NCBI GenBank assembly: GCA_028534125.1 | Contig: CM052817.1 | Span: 98,024,001 to 98,088,000, forward strand | DNA length: 64,000 bases | Direction of reading: 5' to 3' | Source: Lama glama | Lineage: Eukaryota | Shown here: one piece after another, positions 60,811 to 64,000 of the stretch | Layout of the letters: every line of letters begins with the position of its first letter | Numbering within the stretch: position 1 is the first letter of the stretch | Notes under the pieces: generated by a model | Database searches by the model: none | What the model was told of the DNA's origin: nothing | The model's input: the letters and a program-made list of their open reading frames with translations, nothing else | Translations under genes and position numbers: made by a program

Positions 60811-62949
60811 GTTGGGTGAATTCAACTCATTCGGTTAGTTCTCCCTGAAAAACACGGAAGGGATTTCTGTGGCAAATCAATGTTATGAGGCGAACTATTC
60901 GGAGTTTATACAACAATGGGCTTTGTGGTTTATTTTTTTGGATGTCTACGTTTATGTCTTTATCCATAACTTTATGTCTGTGCCCACATTTACGCCACAC
61001 GAGAGAAATGCCGTAGTAAAGATTCACTGGGTCTGTTGCTAGGGGAGTGTTATGAACATTGTAACATCTTATGACCCTTCCTTTTTCAGTTTTTATGTGG
61101 GAAAAAAAAATATGAGAACGAAGCATTGTGAAGCTGGCGACTGTAAAGAAGAGAGTTGGTAGATTCTGGGTGAATCTCAGAGAGGTATTTCCTACTCTCT
61201 CTGAAGTACAACTTTTTTTTCTTTTTAATTTTTGTGCAGGAGTCATCTCCAGGGATGAGAAGGAGAAACACTTCGAATGAAAATGTGTCCATTTCAGGGG
61301 GAGCATGTGAAACCACGACAAAACATTCGTTCATGGAATTAGGTGAGACAATCCCCTTTTATGGATGTGAGGATTGCAATTGTGTATTTAAGATTCAGGT
61401 TGCCTGAGGCTTCCTGGTATCTTTTTTGTACCCCAAATTCTTCACAGAAAATGTGTAGATTAGTAGTAGCAGAGTGCTAAACTTTATAATATATTTAACA
61501 GGGTGTTAAATAGTAAATTCAGGTTCCAGAATTTTTGCTCAGATACAAAGCCAAGAACAAATATATCTCAGGCCCTAAGCTGAGAAAGTCTACCACCTTC
61601 CTACCGGTTATTAGTGAAAAGAGCCAGTTCAGAAAATGTCTAGCCACCAGCTCTCCCCGCTCTCTAGCATTATCCCAGTCAGAGTTAAGAGGAGGATTGA
61701 GTAGGGAAAGAGGTGGTAAGCCTTGTGCAGAGAGCGGACTTTGCGTAAGGAAAGAAATCACTGCTTTTCCCTTTCTGAAGCTCAGTGGGAGAACTCCAAG
61801 AGGCTCACATAAGGATTGACAGCACTTGCAAGGGGAGCCTGGCAACACGAGTCTCAGCAGGCGGTGTGCCCAGCTGCAGGACCCACACTTCCCCTCCTGC
61901 GCCGTCATTAATGCTGAGCACTGTTGGAGAGAGGGGATTCTGGGAGAGCATCTGGGAGTCTGGAGCAAGCATAGACTGTTGTCCTCTTCAGCCCTCTTCT
62001 TCCACTATGAGGATGCATAGATGTGCTCCTGAAGTTTGGGTGTCTGCATGGACCTGGGGTGTGGTCTTGAGCCTTCTGTAACAGAAACACCCATAACAGC
62101 AGCCCTTAAAGGATAGTGGTCTAGTGTACCCTGGAGGAAGATGGCAACCCTGCTCCATCCCAGTTTTCCATGACCCTCCAAAGTTTGACAAGGACTCCAG
62201 GGGTTGGCATAGCTCCATGGAAAGCATCACAAAGGTACTGGAAGTGGATGAGCCTTGGCACTGCTGGGTGGCTGCTGGGCCAGTCTCTTCAGGTTCAGTT
62301 TAGAGAAGAGGTTGTGGTACTCAATCTGCTAATAAAGGAAACTGCCCTGTGCAGGTATTTGTAACTACTTGAGTAAAAGCAAGTTAACAGAGTTTCACAG
62401 ACACTGTCCTGTCACCCACATTTCTGCCCAATTAAGGGAAACATTCATTTTCTTCTCAAGCTTTAGTCAGCAAATAACCTAATGTTTTTGCTTTATTTTT
62501 CCATCAAAGTAGGAGAAGGATAAGACCTTCTTTATTGCTATAATAGGCGAGAAAATACAGAACCCAGAAGCAGGTAGCCAAAGTACACAGAACGCTGAAA
62601 GACGGGAAAGTTCACGTAGAACTTCAGGGTCACCAAAAAGAAATAAGCAACTCTTGAAGTGGTAAGTAATTAATGGGCGAAATCTTGCCAGTTATTTATA
62701 GAAAACAAACCGCTCAGGAACGCTGTTGATAAAAGCTTGGTGTACAAGCAGGGAAGGACTGTCTGTAAGGGCTGAGATTCAAGTCAGCACCAACGCAGAG
62801 CAGACAGCTGTGGGGAAAGAGTGGTGTGGCCAACACTGAAGCGATCTGGGAGAGCTTGGATAATGCAAGAAAATCAGGACACGTCCTAAGGTAGACTGTA
62901 TTTTCCAAAGATGAACCCCACAGAAGAATCTGTCCCCCATGCTCCATTT

Positions 62950-63467
62950 GCAATGACAATGACAGCCCTTCAATCAAAGGGTAGGATCCCTGTCTCCTCG
63001 CCATGGACCCAGGCGGAGCGTTGTGACTGCCTTGCTCAGTAGAACACAGCAGAAGTAAGGCTGTGTGGCTCACCAGGCTAGGTGCCACAACTCCCTTGTT
63101 CTTCTACCGTATTCTCTCGGGACACTTGCTCTGTAAACCCAGACATCTTGACATGAGGAGGCCAAAAAGAAGCCTCTGGAAAGGCCCACAGAGAGGATGC
63201 AAACAGAGAGGAGCCGAAGCCTTCGGCCACCAGCCCCCATTGAGCTCCAGTTGATGGCCAGTGTCAAGTCGCCAGCCGTGTGAGTGTCACTCTGATTGAA
63301 CCATCCCATGTCCAGTTGAGCTAATGCCACATGGAACGGAGATGAGCCTTTTCCCACCGAATCCTGCCCAGATTGCAGACTCTGTACTAAATAAGTGCTG
63401 GTTGTTTTAAGCCACTAAGTTTTGGGGTCTGGGGGCCGGAGTTATACAGCAATGGATAATCAGAATA
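62950..63467 (+). mobile_element. MaLR solo LTR, MLT1G/H-like
   Basis: 'ttgtgactgccttgctcagtagaacacagcagaagt', 'gccagccgtgtgagtg', 'cctgcccagattgcagact...gttgttttaagccactaagttttgggg...ttatacagcaatggataa'. Confidence 0.85.
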
Positions 63468-63979
63468 GAATCAGAAAAATACTATTTACCTAACCAGAGC
63501 CAGCTGAATTTCTGTAGTTCCTTTGGGAAGAGGAATTGAAAGGTTTTTTTTATCAGTACTCTATTTTGTATTATTAATGGTTTTCTATATTTTATTACCT
63601 CTTTAATAAAGCATGTGTAGAGAATTCTCACTTCATTGTATAGGTTTAGGTGTTCCCAGTAATTCTCTTGGCAGCCCTTACTCAATTTTGAATTAAAAGA
63701 TACTTCAGGTATGAGCATAGTTTTTGTTCACTCTATGGTATGTTCAACTTTAAATAACAAACATGTTTAAGAATCTGTTGCCCCAAAAGGGGTACAGCCC
63801 ATATAAACAACAATTTCCTTACAAAACTCTGATTGGCCTGGGCTTCCTTTTGGTTAGATGAGTAACCTGCTATAGTTACAAGGATCAGCATGTGGGAAAA
63901 CGACTTCTGCCTGAAACTTTGTCCCCAGAGCAGAGTGGTATGTTTGCAAGAAAAAATCCAGGGTCTTTATGTAACAATA

Positions 63980-64000
63980 CAGTTGACCCTTGAATAACAC
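63980..64000 (+). mobile_element. Start of a Tigger2/MER8-type DNA transposon TIR (runs off window)
   Basis: TA (63978-63979) followed by 'cagttgacccttgaataacac'. Confidence 0.7.

Noticed and set aside
60827..61968. 164-aa and 149-aa minus-strand ORFs
   Set aside because: No recognisable domain, and the composition reflects A/T tracts; the better-supported signal here is the plus-strand exon-like unit.
1..64000. CRISPR array, operon, prophage, defence system, or host-gene orientation inferred from repeat strand bias
   Set aside because: The DNA is mammalian with no regularly spaced repeat-spacer units or dense coding. L1s and LTRs occur on both strands, so intronic vs intergenic status and gene strand cannot be inferred.

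Overview
Eukaryotic (mammalian) genomic DNA, AT-rich and CpG-depleted. It is most likely from a camelid, because it carries a vic-1-type tRNA-derived SINE (29416-29600) and artiodactyl-type L1 3' ends. I recognise no protein-coding gene, RNA gene, CRISPR array or operon-like system. The ORF-track peptides are L1 ORF1/ORF2 remnants, antisense reads through repeats, microsatellite artefacts or short chance ORFs. A large part of the window is interspersed repeats: an ancient near-full-length L1 (8960-16325, minus) carrying five nested insertions, a younger L1 with an RT-domain deletion and intact TSD (19656-24204, plus), HAL1, many L2/MIR/L3 fragments, MaLR/ERVL solo LTRs and hAT/Tigger DNA-transposon relics. 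The rest is unique sequence with candidate enhancer motif clusters and a few isolated exon-like units that might belong to an unannotated, probably non-coding, transcript. Repeat families were called from memory of consensus sequences: class-level calls are fairly safe, subfamily names and boundaries (about +/-30 bp unless a TSD is given) are approximate. The sequence does not support a claim of a novel biological system; the best leads are listed as findings.
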